Shown piece by piece: positions 7,801 to 17,072 of a stretch of 34,188 nucleotides of DNA. Source of the stretch: a virus. Its lineage: Duplodnaviria; Caudoviricetes. The notes below the pieces were generated by a model. The model ran no database searches. It had not been told where the DNA came from and saw only the letters and a list, made by a program, of their open reading frames with translations. Location: IMG/VR virus record IMGVR_UViG_3300032270_000518, positions 1 to 34,188 of that record; one strand, given 5' to 3'. The position numbers and the translations under genes are program-made. How positions within the stretch are numbered: the first letter of the stretch is position 1; the number at the start of each line of letters is the position of its first letter.

Positions 7801-10800
7801 CTTGGAACGCGGCATTTGGAATGTTCAGCCCCGTGATGGAATTTGTCATAGCAACAGCCTGACGAACTACATCGCGCAAATATCGACGCTCGCTTCCTGT
7901 CGAGGGAACGTCCTTTGGTGCGTACAGCGATTTTTTAATCGTTTCCGCCGAACGAACCATCTCTGATTTCACGCGCCGTTTAGCGTCATATTCTTTTCGG
8001 TTTGTCTTGAAATCCTTCTCATGCTTGCGCAGGATTTCTACAACCAGGGCGGCAACCGTTGATTGTCTAGGATTTCCTGCAAGAACTCGTTTGACCAATT
8101 GCCCAGGCATCTGATCAACATAAATGCCATTGTCTTGAGGTTCTTCTCGCAATGCTGCCTGTAGACGCGCAACTTGCTTGGCGTACTTTGTTTCCTTGAA
8201 TGACTTCAAGTCCCCGGTCAGACGGCCAATAGTTCGCATGAACCACATGTCCATCGTTACTGGGTCGAAATTGCCCATCAGATTCGAGAAGAATCCGAAA
8301 CCAATTTTTGGCCCAAATACAAGCGATCCAACAACAGGTTCGTCCCCAAGTTCTGCCCCAATTTTGAACCCAGCCTTACGAAGTTGTGCGACCGTAAATG
8401 GAGTTTCGAGGAATTTCTGCATCCCCTCCACGCCCATCTGTTCAAGCAGCTTATTTGCAAGCGTAAGATTTTTGTTCTGCGAACTCGCGGACTTCCCCTG
8501 TCCGTATTTCAAAGAGTATTCGCCAATACCAGTGGCAGGATCAATCGACTTCTTATAGTCGCCGTATAGGTTAATGGCTGTATTCGCGTTGGTTTCGACA
8601 TTCAAACCCTGCGAACAAATTGCAAGGCCGAGAGCAAAGATCATTTGCGAAAGACGATCTTCTGCAAGTTCTGGATAGATAAGCGACGCTTGCGCCATCG
8701 TCTTGCGGATTGTCTCGTCGTACCACTCAACAGCACCACTCAATACATTGATATGCGCAGTCGCTTCTAGAGCCAGCAGCCGCGCAAGCTGCTCACGATC
8801 CTTCGGGTTTTCTAGATCCAATCTACGAAGACCAGTGGCTCTGCGGCGATCTTCGAGATACTTCACTACGTCTGGAACGCCGCCAATTTTCTGCCGGACA
8901 AACGTATCATCCTTTGTTCCGCCCTTCATCATGTCGAGGACGGTGGATGCGATTTCCTTCTCCGTAGCTTGCATCGATGAGATAGCCTTGATCGAAAGAT
9001 CACGACCAATGGACTTCCCCTGTTGCGACAGCGAGTAGCGGACTTCGTCAGCGAGCGCAGTTAGATCTACGCGAGTTCTGTCGCCTTGCCCTCGAATGAA
9101 CCGAGGGCTTGTTCCAACATCTCGTTCACCAACCGCTCCTGTTCGAGGAGTGACTGCATCAAATCCTCGTGGCTGCTGTACAGGTTGGGTACTAATGCCC
9201 CCGCCAACTGCTGCTCTCCGAGTTTCTTCTTGAGTTGGAGTACTCGGCTGTGCAGCAGATCCTTCTGCTGCATTGACAAGCCGTCGTATTGCTCCTGGGT
9301 CATTTGCGTAGCCGTCAATGCCAGCCGCTGCAATGTCGCGTCGTTGCTGCTCATTGAGCGCAACTTGGAAGCCCCAGACCCCTGGGTAGTTGGTGACATT
9401 TCCCTGTTCATCATAAGTTGGACTCCAATTTCCGCCCAAAGGCGATGACCAAACTTGTTCTAGTTTAGCGACATAGGCAGCGCGTTGCTCTGGCGTTTCT
9501 CCGAAGTCTGGGTAGTTCGGATCGAAATCGAAGTACCACGTCTGCTTTGCGCCGAATTGACTGTATAGCGTCGGCAACTTTCCTGTGCCAACTTCACGGC
9601 GACCTGGCAATCGCACGTCATAGCAATCGCCCTGCATCGGCTTGTTTGGCTTGTAACCAAGCATGTGAAGCATTGCCGGAATCACGATGCCTGTAGCCTT
9701 GCTCTCTTCGTTGGAGTACAGGCTCACAGCCTCATAACCATCGAACGCAACCGTGCCGTCATCATTGAACGACAAGACGCGCTTGATCGCGTAACCGGCA
9801 TCGATGTCACGCAGCTTGAATGGCTGCATGTACTTCTCGTTGAGATCGATGTCAGCAGGCAATTGAAGTTGCGGGGTCAATCCTTGAGCAACACGCCTAC
9901 GACGCTCCTCTTGCAACTTGTCATTGACCGTATCTTGGAGATCCTTATCCGTGTACGGAGTCAAAGTACTTGCCGCAGGATTACGACGAAGTCCGGCAAG
10001 CCATGCACTTGGTTCAGCAGGCGCGACAAGTTGATTGATTGACAGGTAGCGAGCAACCCGAGCAAACCTACGCGCCTCTGTTGGAGCAATACCCGCTGCC
10101 TCCATTGCCTGAACAGCCGATGCAACGCGCTCGCGCTGTGGCTTGCGCATTGAGAACATCGGAAGACCGCCAGCCTCTTCCACGTTGCGAATCATTTCAG
10201 GCGTGATTTCAAACGTGTTGAACGTGCCAATCGGTTTGTTTGCGGAATCGCGCAACTCCGTTTGTGTCAGTTTGGTTCCGCCAAGTTTCTTGAGCAACTT
10301 GTTCACAGCAATAGGAACAATGTTGTCATAGAACTCCTTCATCGGCCTTTCTTTAACTGCAAATTCGCTAGATGTGATAGCAGCCACGTTGCCATCAGCG
10401 GCTTCTGCGCGATTGGCTATGAGTTCAGCAACGTCTTCACCAAATCGGATCGCGATGCTTTCTTTTGATCGCGCGGATTGAGAATAAGACTGGGCTAGAT
10501 CGCCATTCGCATCTTTCTTGTATACGGCAAAATCGTATTCATTCTCTCCAACACGCTGTACGCGCATTTCTTCGAAACCTTGCCGTATCGCCATGTTGTA
10601 ACGATCAGAACTTTCCTGACCATTGATGATGCTAACGGTCTTATAGCCCTCGTTGATTGCGCGAAGAATGACAGACTTGACGGAGAGTGGAAGCCAGCCC
10701 TCTGTGGATCCAATGAATGGGGCTGGAGCGATGCGCCTACTCAACTCGGCTCGTCGATTTTTCAATTCTTCGATAGCATCATACGCTCGAAGGCGAGCCT

Positions 10801-13800
10801 CACCTTGCGTGTCTGCAAGGCGAGCGCGGCGATCACGAATCTCTCGGTCGAGTTGAGCGAGAGATTCGGTGCGTGGGCCTTGCTTACGCATGTCCTGCGC
10901 CCAGTCGCTTTGAAGTTCCTCAATGAACAACACGCGCTCGCCATTGTTCGTCAAGCGATCCGTTGTTCGGATGTGAGCAACTGGGTTGGCAATACGTTCA
11001 AAATGGCTTGAGATGTACGAAGAATCCTTTTGACGATCAAGAGTGCGAATCGCATTGCGATACTGCTCAACCCACGGCAAGTTGATACCGTTCAAATCAT
11101 CCATCGTCAGATTGGACTCGACGATTCTGTCGATGCTTGTTGCTGCTGGGTATGGGCTCCTTTGCCGCGCACGCTCTAACGCCTCTGTGACTGGTTGCCG
11201 CTCTTCAGCAGAAGCGTTGATGTATGCGCGGAGGAAATTGTCCTTGATGTCAATTTCTTCAGGGGCTTGATTCCGAAGCGTCAAAATTGTTTCGGTGTAA
11301 TTCTCACCGTCTGGGATCGTCCAATCTTCGAATTTCGGCGTATATCGGCCTTCACCCCCACCAGTCGAGTCAACATACTCCATGTATGTATCAAGAGGAT
11401 CCAAGCCATTCTCTTCGAGCAATTCGTCAATTGGTCTCGAAGCCTCTCTCCGCGCTTCGTCCGTAAGAGCGTTGCGATACCTGTCGAACAACTCTGAAAA
11501 TTCGATACGAGCCTGCGACTGGGTAGCACTCGCAATCGTGTTGCGGTAGAAGCTTTCCGAACGTCTTCCAGCGTATACCTCGCCAACAACATTACCCGTG
11601 AGGAAGTCTTCTAGATCCTGATCGTTAATCCACGATTGGGCTGATTCAACAACTTCTGCTTCTGAAAGCTGCTTTCTCTGCGCGTCTTGCATCAGTTCGT
11701 TGAATTTGTCATATGTCATGCGCAATCGTTGCTGCGATACGGCCTTGGCAAGATCTTCTTCTGCCATCTCAAGTGCTTCACTCATTGATTGAGCAAGACT
11801 GTTGTCGAGATTATTTGCTCTCGTAACCTCATCTACCGCCACTCCATTCGACATCAAGAATTGCTGAACATCATCGCGGCTGATTTTCCCTTGCCGAAGA
11901 GCGAGGAAATCATTGAGATTCGACCATTCGATTTCCGATTCTTTAATCTGCCCTGTTCGCACAAGACCGCGCAGACGCTCTTGCCACCCCTTCGCAGACA
12001 TGGATTGAACATCAAGGTTTGTCACGCTCTTAAGAAGCGCACTCTGCAAACCAAGCCAGTCAAGATTGCTGCGCCGTCCTCGCATTGAGAACATCGGCTC
12101 AAACGTGTCATCTTGCTGCGGGAAACCCTGCGGGAATCGGGTAGTTCCTTGTTGACGCGATGTAACTGGTGGCGATCCAAGAGACGCTTGTGTCGATGCA
12201 AGGAACGGAAGTGCCTTTACAAGACCAGAAATGACATTCGCAATGATGCCAACGCGCTCTCCTTGCGGAAGTGCCATTGCCTGTTGCAATTGTTGCGTAG
12301 CATTAGAAATCTCGTCATCTGTGTCAGACCCAGGCACAACGGGCATCGTTGCTTGTGCCTGCTGCCGCATTGAATACGCAGGTTCTGACGTGTCTTGCGG
12401 TGGATTAGGTCGCAGCCTTGTTGGCTGTTCCGAACCAGGCATTCCGCGAACCGCCGGAGCGGAAGCGGGTGCTTCAACTGGCGCAACGACTTGTGTTGCA
12501 GGTTGCGCAGTAGCTTGTGGTTGCTGTGCGGTAGTTGTCGGCTTTGCCGCTGGCTGCGATGCAGCCTTCATCTTCGCTCGCAACTCTTCGTTGCGAGCAA
12601 GATCATCGCGATACGACTTCTCGACTTCCTGTGCAAGTTTGTCGTGGATCTTTAGCCGAGCAGATTCAACGCCCTGAATGCGCTGCTGTGTTTCGTACAA
12701 AGCCTGTTGTGCTTCTGGCCCAGCAAACCCGTTGCGCTCCAAGATGTTCGAAAACCATGCAACAAATTTCTTCAGTTGCAAATTGGATGCGTCTTTGTAG
12801 GTTGTTTCAAAATCGATGCCAAGAGATGCTGTTTGTCCAAGAGAACGCTCCGCAGTCGTAGCAACCGTCTCTTCTGCAAAGCGTTCGACTGTAGAAAGAT
12901 CGCGCTTTGCTTGATCTTGCTGCGCAATACGCGCATCGGCAATGGCAATCTCTTCAGGTGTAGCGTTCTTATTGTTCTTGGTTAGAACTGCTTCGCGATA
13001 GCCCTCTGTGTCATTCAGCACAGAAAGCGCGGCTTTGTACATACCTTCGTAGTACTTGATGATAGTGGGCTCATCAAGCTGCGCGACAAACTCCGCCTCT
13101 TGGCGGTCAGCCTCTGAACGACCTGCTCGAGTTCCTGCAAAGGCTCGCATGTATTCAATGCCGCCTCGCAAAGCGAATGCTGGGTCGAGATACATCAATT
13201 TTGCAACATGCGCAGCAGCAGCCCTGCTCTCTTCAACCATCTTGTGACGTGCTTCGTGTACGCCAACAACGAGCGCGTTACGAGATGTGAAAACGCTTCC
13301 GTTCTCACGAATCAGGAACAGACCGTCAGGAGAAACCTGACCAAGATACGCTCCGTTGTTGAGCGTAGACCGCTCGTAAGTATCGATCTTCCCATCAGGA
13401 CGCTTGATCGTAAATGTCACCTTCGCGTCAACGACCGTGGGCTTTACACCGATGGATTTTCCGATCTTCTTTTCTGCATCGGACAATTGATCTTCTGAAA
13501 CTTCTGACATCGAAACATCCACCAATACATCTGCATTGGTGGCGTTTCCGATTTCTTCAGGAGACAGGAACGGAGATGCAAACGGAGCGTCAGGATCCGC
13601 AGACGCTGACTGACGAGCATCTCGTTCAATATCAAGACGCAGAGCATTAATTCCTCGACCCTTGCGCTCTGGGCTCATTGGTCGCTTGGATGGAGGAGTA
13701 ATGTTGCGAATCACGGCATCGCCATCAGCTTGCAACGCAATGGATTCGGACAGCGAAGCCAAACTATCGCCGGAAACATTCTCAACGGTGTTTCCCGCCG

Positions 13801-15838
13801 GAAGCGCAGCGGATGCGATATCAGGCATAGCGGCTTCTGCTGCCGCGCTGCTGCTGTATGGAATTACATCTACGACTTGCTTTGCCTTATTGCGGACAAC
13901 CAACGCACCAACCATTGGGACGTTTGGTTCCATAAGTTCGGGATACCCAGTCAAGAAAGAGATGTTGTTCTCATTGATGGCAGAACGAACATCATCAATC
14001 AGTCCAGGCATGGTGTACACATCCAAGCCATTGACTCGACCAACAGGCTTGTCAGCAACACCTACCTGACTCATGCGCTGACGAACGTCATCCGTAAGCG
14101 TGGATTCAGTCGCTTCTGGATGCACGAACATCGCCGTGCGGCGATTCGAGCCAAGTTCTTCTACTTGGTGATTCGCCATCGTTGGGCCTTGTGCGCTCAA
14201 GGCATTTGCAGAGAAGCGTTCACGAGCGACTCGTGTGTACTTACCCATGATCGCACCAGTCACCGTAGCAGTACCTGCGGGAACAGCCTTCTGGAGTTCC
14301 CGATCAAGTTTCCTACGCTTGCGAGCCTCTTTTCCGAACGCAGCTTGCGATGAACCGATCAGAAAACCTGCAATGCCGCCCGTTCCAATTGCCTCGGCGG
14401 TTTCCGCAGAAAAGAAATCGTTCTCGTATCCCTTTGGGATAAAGAATGGATCAGTAACTTCTTTGCCAAGTTCTGGGATTGCCTCTTCAATTCCTTCCGT
14501 AACGGCAGCAGCTCCGACAACGGCAGCACCCTTGGCTTTTCCAAGAATGCCTCTTCGTCGAGCCATCGATTCCAAAACGGTTTCTGTGGCCTGCTTGGTA
14601 GCACTTGCCGTCATGGCTCCGGCTTTAGGAATTCGAGAAGTGAAATTGATCAAACCAGGCAATGCGACCTGTAAGCGGTCGATGGTGTATTCCGAACCAA
14701 ACTCAATTGCGCCGCCAACTACTGCCTGCCGTTGCAATTCAGCGAACGTGGGACGGGCTGGGGCTGGAAGTCCCAATTGTAGAGCCTCTTGTCGCTGCTC
14801 CTCGTAGATACGCATCCGCCGATCCCACGCTTCGCTGTATCCCATCGCAAAGAACGGGCTTGTCAAAGCAGCGGCAACCGTTGGGTTTCGCGTCAAAAGT
14901 GCCGGAACGCTGTATGGGAGAACTCCCAATGCAGATCCCGTCATTTCTGCGGCCTTTACGAAAAACCCTCCTCCACCACGCCCAATTTCTTCGCGGATGT
15001 CTTGTGGATTGTTTGGATCAAATCCAACAACAGCACCAGCCATTGGGCCAAGACCCATTGTTTCAAATACGCCACGGGCCGTTTTTCGGTATGTCTTGCC
15101 AACCTCTTCGCGTGTCGATTCCATCAAATCGCCGCGCATCTGCGTATACACATCGTAGATTCGCTGATCTTCCGGCGACAACGGTTGTTTCGCATCAACA
15201 GCGTTTTCGATCATCCTCAATCGAAAGCGATCTACGCCAAGTTTGTCTGCATACTTGTATCGCGGCTCAAGAGCATCAAATCCAACGGTTCCAACAAATC
15301 TGCCTACAGATTCCGCTGCGCCCTCAAACCCAAGCACCAAATTAGCGGCCATTCCAAGATATGAAGCAAACGCCTTGGATGGCTTCGACTTCTGGTATTC
15401 ATCCCAGAACTTTGTCTTCTTTCCAGCTTCGTATTGGTTTTGGAACAACACCGCAAATTCATGCGCATCGCTGTCGATATCAGCGACGAGATCGCCATAG
15501 GTATCGTCTTCTCCCTTGTATGAATCTTCAGCGGGAGTTTCGAGAGCCAATGACACATCAGGACGAGACTGTACTTGTTCAGTCTGACCAAAGTCAAACG
15601 ATGGTTGCTTCTCGCGCTTCGTGATTCCTGTCACGCCTGCGTCAAGCAACTCTTGAAGAGTCGATTGATACACAGAACGCCGCACATCGCGGCGAGCCAA
15701 GTCATTCCATCGCTTGCGCTGTTCCGTGTATTTCGGATTGCGCAAGTCTTCGTTCGGGTTGTCCTTTCGGAATTTATCCTCGTACTTCTTGTACGCATTG
15801 AAAAATTCAAACCCGAACGTCATGGCATTGTCTTGCAT
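4889..15838 (-). CDS. giant (~3649 aa) polyvalent internal virion/ejection protein: zincin peptidase, two GNAT-like, HhH-glycosylase-like and LPD38-like modules
   Basis: Single uninterrupted ORF; likely start MQDNAM at 15838, just after the upstream stop. HEARH at 13244-13258; IEELQSDW at 10901-10924; GDCYD...LPTLYSQFG; GPK...VTMDMWFMR; C-terminal IPEYEK...IKIPLPYG as in LPD38. Last gene of a podovirus-like virion operon. Confidence 0.8.
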   Translation of the reverse strand: MQDNAMTFGFEFFNAYKKYEDKFRKDNPNEDLRNPKYTEQRKRWNDLARRDVRRSVYQSTLQELLDAGVTGITKREKQPSFDFGQTEQVQSRPDVSLALETPAEDSYKGEDDTYGDLVADIDSDAHEFAVLFQNQYEAGKKTKFWDEYQKSKPSKAFASYLGMAANLVLGFEGAAESVGRFVGTVGFDALEPRYKYADKLGVDRFRLRMIENAVDAKQPLSPEDQRIYDVYTQMRGDLMESTREEVGKTYRKTARGVFETMGLGPMAGAVVGFDPNNPQDIREEIGRGGGGFFVKAAEMTGSALGVLPYSVPALLTRNPTVAAALTSPFFAMGYSEAWDRRMRIYEEQRQEALQLGLPAPARPTFAELQRQAVVGGAIEFGSEYTIDRLQVALPGLINFTSRIPKAGAMTASATKQATETVLESMARRRGILGKAKGAAVVGAAAVTEGIEEAIPELGKEVTDPFFIPKGYENDFFSAETAEAIGTGGIAGFLIGSSQAAFGKEARKRRKLDRELQKAVPAGTATVTGAIMGKYTRVARERFSANALSAQGPTMANHQVEELGSNRRTAMFVHPEATESTLTDDVRQRMSQVGVADKPVGRVNGLDVYTMPGLIDDVRSAINENNISFLTGYPELMEPNVPMVGALVVRNKAKQVVDVIPYSSSAAAEAAMPDIASAALPAGNTVENVSGDSLASLSESIALQADGDAVIRNITPPSKRPMSPERKGRGINALRLDIERDARQSASADPDAPFASPFLSPEEIGNATNADVLVDVSMSEVSEDQLSDAEKKIGKSIGVKPTVVDAKVTFTIKRPDGKIDTYERSTLNNGAYLGQVSPDGLFLIRENGSVFTSRNALVVGVHEARHKMVEESRAAAAHVAKLMYLDPAFALRGGIEYMRAFAGTRAGRSEADRQEAEFVAQLDEPTIIKYYEGMYKAALSVLNDTEGYREAVLTKNNKNATPEEIAIADARIAQQDQAKRDLSTVERFAEETVATTAERSLGQTASLGIDFETTYKDASNLQLKKFVAWFSNILERNGFAGPEAQQALYETQQRIQGVESARLKIHDKLAQEVEKSYRDDLARNEELRAKMKAASQPAAKPTTTAQQPQATAQPATQVVAPVEAPASAPAVRGMPGSEQPTRLRPNPPQDTSEPAYSMRQQAQATMPVVPGSDTDDEISNATQQLQQAMALPQGERVGIIANVISGLVKALPFLASTQASLGSPPVTSRQQGTTRFPQGFPQQDDTFEPMFSMRGRRSNLDWLGLQSALLKSVTNLDVQSMSAKGWQERLRGLVRTGQIKESEIEWSNLNDFLALRQGKISRDDVQQFLMSNGVAVDEVTRANNLDNSLAQSMSEALEMAEEDLAKAVSQQRLRMTYDKFNELMQDAQRKQLSEAEVVESAQSWINDQDLEDFLTGNVVGEVYAGRRSESFYRNTIASATQSQARIEFSELFDRYRNALTDEARREASRPIDELLEENGLDPLDTYMEYVDSTGGGEGRYTPKFEDWTIPDGENYTETILTLRNQAPEEIDIKDNFLRAYINASAEERQPVTEALERARQRSPYPAATSIDRIVESNLTMDDLNGINLPWVEQYRNAIRTLDRQKDSSYISSHFERIANPVAHIRTTDRLTNNGERVLFIEELQSDWAQDMRKQGPRTESLAQLDREIRDRRARLADTQGEARLRAYDAIEELKNRRAELSRRIAPAPFIGSTEGWLPLSVKSVILRAINEGYKTVSIINGQESSDRYNMAIRQGFEEMRVQRVGENEYDFAVYKKDANGDLAQSYSQSARSKESIAIRFGEDVAELIANRAEAADGNVAAITSSEFAVKERPMKEFYDNIVPIAVNKLLKKLGGTKLTQTELRDSANKPIGTFNTFEITPEMIRNVEEAGGLPMFSMRKPQRERVASAVQAMEAAGIAPTEARRFARVARYLSINQLVAPAEPSAWLAGLRRNPAASTLTPYTDKDLQDTVNDKLQEERRRRVAQGLTPQLQLPADIDLNEKYMQPFKLRDIDAGYAIKRVLSFNDDGTVAFDGYEAVSLYSNEESKATGIVIPAMLHMLGYKPNKPMQGDCYDVRLPGRREVGTGKLPTLYSQFGAKQTWYFDFDPNYPDFGETPEQRAAYVAKLEQVWSSPLGGNWSPTYDEQGNVTNYPGVWGFQVALNEQQRRDIAAAGIDGYANDPGAIRRLVNAAEGSAAQPSTPTQEETRRAAVGGGISTQPVQQPRGFDAVTPRTGAVGERDVGTSPRFIRGQGDRTRVDLTALADEVRYSLSQQGKSIGRDLSIKAISSMQATEKEIASTVLDMMKGGTKDDTFVRQKIGGVPDVVKYLEDRRRATGLRRLDLENPKDREQLARLLALEATAHINVLSGAVEWYDETIRKTMAQASLIYPELAEDRLSQMIFALGLAICSQGLNVETNANTAINLYGDYKKSIDPATGIGEYSLKYGQGKSASSQNKNLTLANKLLEQMGVEGMQKFLETPFTVAQLRKAGFKIGAELGDEPVVGSLVFGPKIGFGFFSNLMGNFDPVTMDMWFMRTIGRLTGDLKSFKETKYAKQVARLQAALREEPQDNGIYVDQMPGQLVKRVLAGNPRQSTVAALVVEILRKHEKDFKTNRKEYDAKRRVKSEMVRSAETIKKSLYAPKDVPSTGSERRYLRDVVRQAVAMTNSITGLNIPNAAFQALIWYPEQELYKALGVKLTVTSQDYAGATAKALLRKGITNEQLERAIADAELRSRGTREARSMDRSKERSGTRSLGEVVKSTSPELAPAADETQAMMSMRRGLAGVRDEGVLRYIDKYDELRRYVDQARTTGAAIPAVSNPYIGARLLTGRLGAMQAAAERTYADLLRRMHVAGVRLEDMDEFLYAQHAEERNTYIASINPLFPDAGSGMATLDANNLIQRYRNNGQFAMMNGFADEWRNLLQEGLNQRQQSGLISAQTRNILQTRYKNYVPLRGAPAQLNDEDFLDFAAGAGGSLSTTGPGIPQAMGRRSAAEAVTSQIGFVHEDSFRAAAKNDIGRSFLQLVMTLGDRNVAEVVLPRRRVISGNQVRVTHDPAWMNDDRNFGVYTNTPMTINGHDYEPGDLVVIRINNRRLAEAMTQPTLELRSFERALRFVNNGWRFMTTGMGNPTFAPVNLVRDSMTASLTNASANGIRDTAQMLSRWPSSFYNVFRDSWNGSEPTGDYGRFVRAGADQLYWSPNDLDVKRTDFDALAARVQRRDPRDRGIARTLLGWYPAFFSASETAVRLANYRQRIATGSSPQEAALSARDLTVDFAKGGKAKPVLNTWYMFLNAGLQGNVNVLRALGRSVALAPSLLMLGFANAALARLMGGDDEETGQQNWDNIPEYEKTSNLFFFDPRGTGKHIKIPLPYGFNVLVSIGGRMADAMFGRTTAGDVLAGSLNDALNAFNPMGGSGIKSGGASLVAAAMPTMTRPAIELLANQDFSGRSIYPKSYEKHSAPDSTMSFDGTPAAWQELATFVNSATGGDEFTSGMVDVSPNTLQYLAGYYFSGTGRTLDRLYKTFLSNEAVSVSDVPLARSFVGDAKQDGRAVSQAFYTEQERLAPIRRKIDAMLDESRPIEERRAIASQITPTDYALARSMEESERVLKEIRNVLKQATPEQREAILEVRRKMLKATIKQKNELTDRLADVE

Positions 15839-15842
15839 AAGT

Positions 15843-17072
15843 TCACCGTGTGGCGCGTGGGCGAGCAGATGGCTGCGGAGCAGGTTGAGATTGTTGTTGA
15901 CCCTGTGGTTGCTGCTGCATGTTGTCTGTCGCAAGCGTCATCAAATGCTGCGCAACCAAGTCGAGAGTTTCAGGCGATGAAGCGTCGTATCCAAGAGACA
16001 GGGCAAACTGATCTAGTTGTCCAAGGTAATCGCGGTATTGCTTAAGAGCAGATCCGTAACTACCAATGTTCTGCCCGAACGACGCTGATGCAATGAACCC
16101 AGGATTTTGGATTGGGATTTGCACAGGGAAGTCGCCGCCATTGTTCGCAGCAAGATGCTGCATTCGGCTGAACAAGGACATTGGAGAAAACTTGTCATCC
16201 TCGAAGTATCGAACACGGTCGAAGAACCCAAGCGACATATCAGGGAACGCAGCCCTAAACGTCGGGTCAAGTTCAAAGTCTTCCATGCGCTCGTAGGCCA
16301 AGAGCGTAATTTGGTTTGCAGCGTTCGTTGGTTCTTTGCGCAAGCGTTGAACACGCGCATCCCGCTTGGAAGTTCCAGGAACAACTTGCTCCACCATTCC
16401 AAAAGCAGGGTTAAACGGGTTCGGAACCATTTGCGTGGTCTTTTGACCTTCGCGAAGCATGTGACCGAATGCACGTTCGTTCTTGAATTGCTGCATTTCG
16501 ACACGCATCTTGGAAACAGCCTGCGTTCCCTGACCAGTCGAAACAGACTTGTACAAATTTAGGACGTTTTCCGTTGCAAGCGCAGGATCTACCAATGCCT
16601 GATCCATAAGGACTTCAGCAGCTCCTGTTGGCAACTCCGCGCCGGATTTCACAATTCTTCCAATGGCGGCCTGCGCTTTCTGAACTCGTGCCGCAAACTC
16701 AATTCGATCACGAAGTTCGGTTCGCGCTTTGTTTCGCTGCGTAAGCAGGGCCATCCATTGCTCGTGACGAATTGGAACATTTGCACCATTGATGGTAATG
16801 GCCGGCGTTCCATCTTCAAAAAACCCAAGATCGAATGTTTCCATTCCGATAGGGTCACCATCTGAAATTCCTTGGATGGTCAAGTTGAAATCGTTCACAT
16901 CACTTGCACGTCCACGCATGTCCTTGTCAGCGGCAATACCGCGTTGCGCAGCAGGAGCAGCAGGAACAGATGGAGCAGCAGGAACGGATGGTTTTTGCTG
17001 TGGTATGTATGAGCCACCTTCCACCATTTCTGGCGACGTAGGTGCAACGACGGCATTTGGATCAATAAGCAT
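15843..17072 (-). CDS. putative internal virion/ejection protein
   Basis: Likely start MLIDPN at 17072 (GGAGAAGGTGG upstream); helical with a Q/P-rich tail; lies directly before the giant gene. Confidence 0.55.
   Translation of the reverse strand: MLIDPNAVVAPTSPEMVEGGSYIPQQKPSVPAAPSVPAAPAAQRGIAADKDMRGRASDVNDFNLTIQGISDGDPIGMETFDLGFFEDGTPAITINGANVPIRHEQWMALLTQRNKARTELRDRIEFAARVQKAQAAIGRIVKSGAELPTGAAEVLMDQALVDPALATENVLNLYKSVSTGQGTQAVSKMRVEMQQFKNERAFGHMLREGQKTTQMVPNPFNPAFGMVEQVVPGTSKRDARVQRLRKEPTNAANQITLLAYERMEDFELDPTFRAAFPDMSLGFFDRVRYFEDDKFSPMSLFSRMQHLAANNGGDFPVQIPIQNPGFIASASFGQNIGSYGSALKQYRDYLGQLDQFALSLGYDASSPETLDLVAQHLMTLATDNMQQQPQGQQQSQPAPQPSARPRATR

Noticed and set aside
15839-15934. Track start of the giant ORF at 15934 (also extended starts at 17123, 22799, 23264, 23881, 31311, 31666)
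   Set aside because: These extensions run into upstream genes or a hairpin; downstream ATGs give typical coupling.
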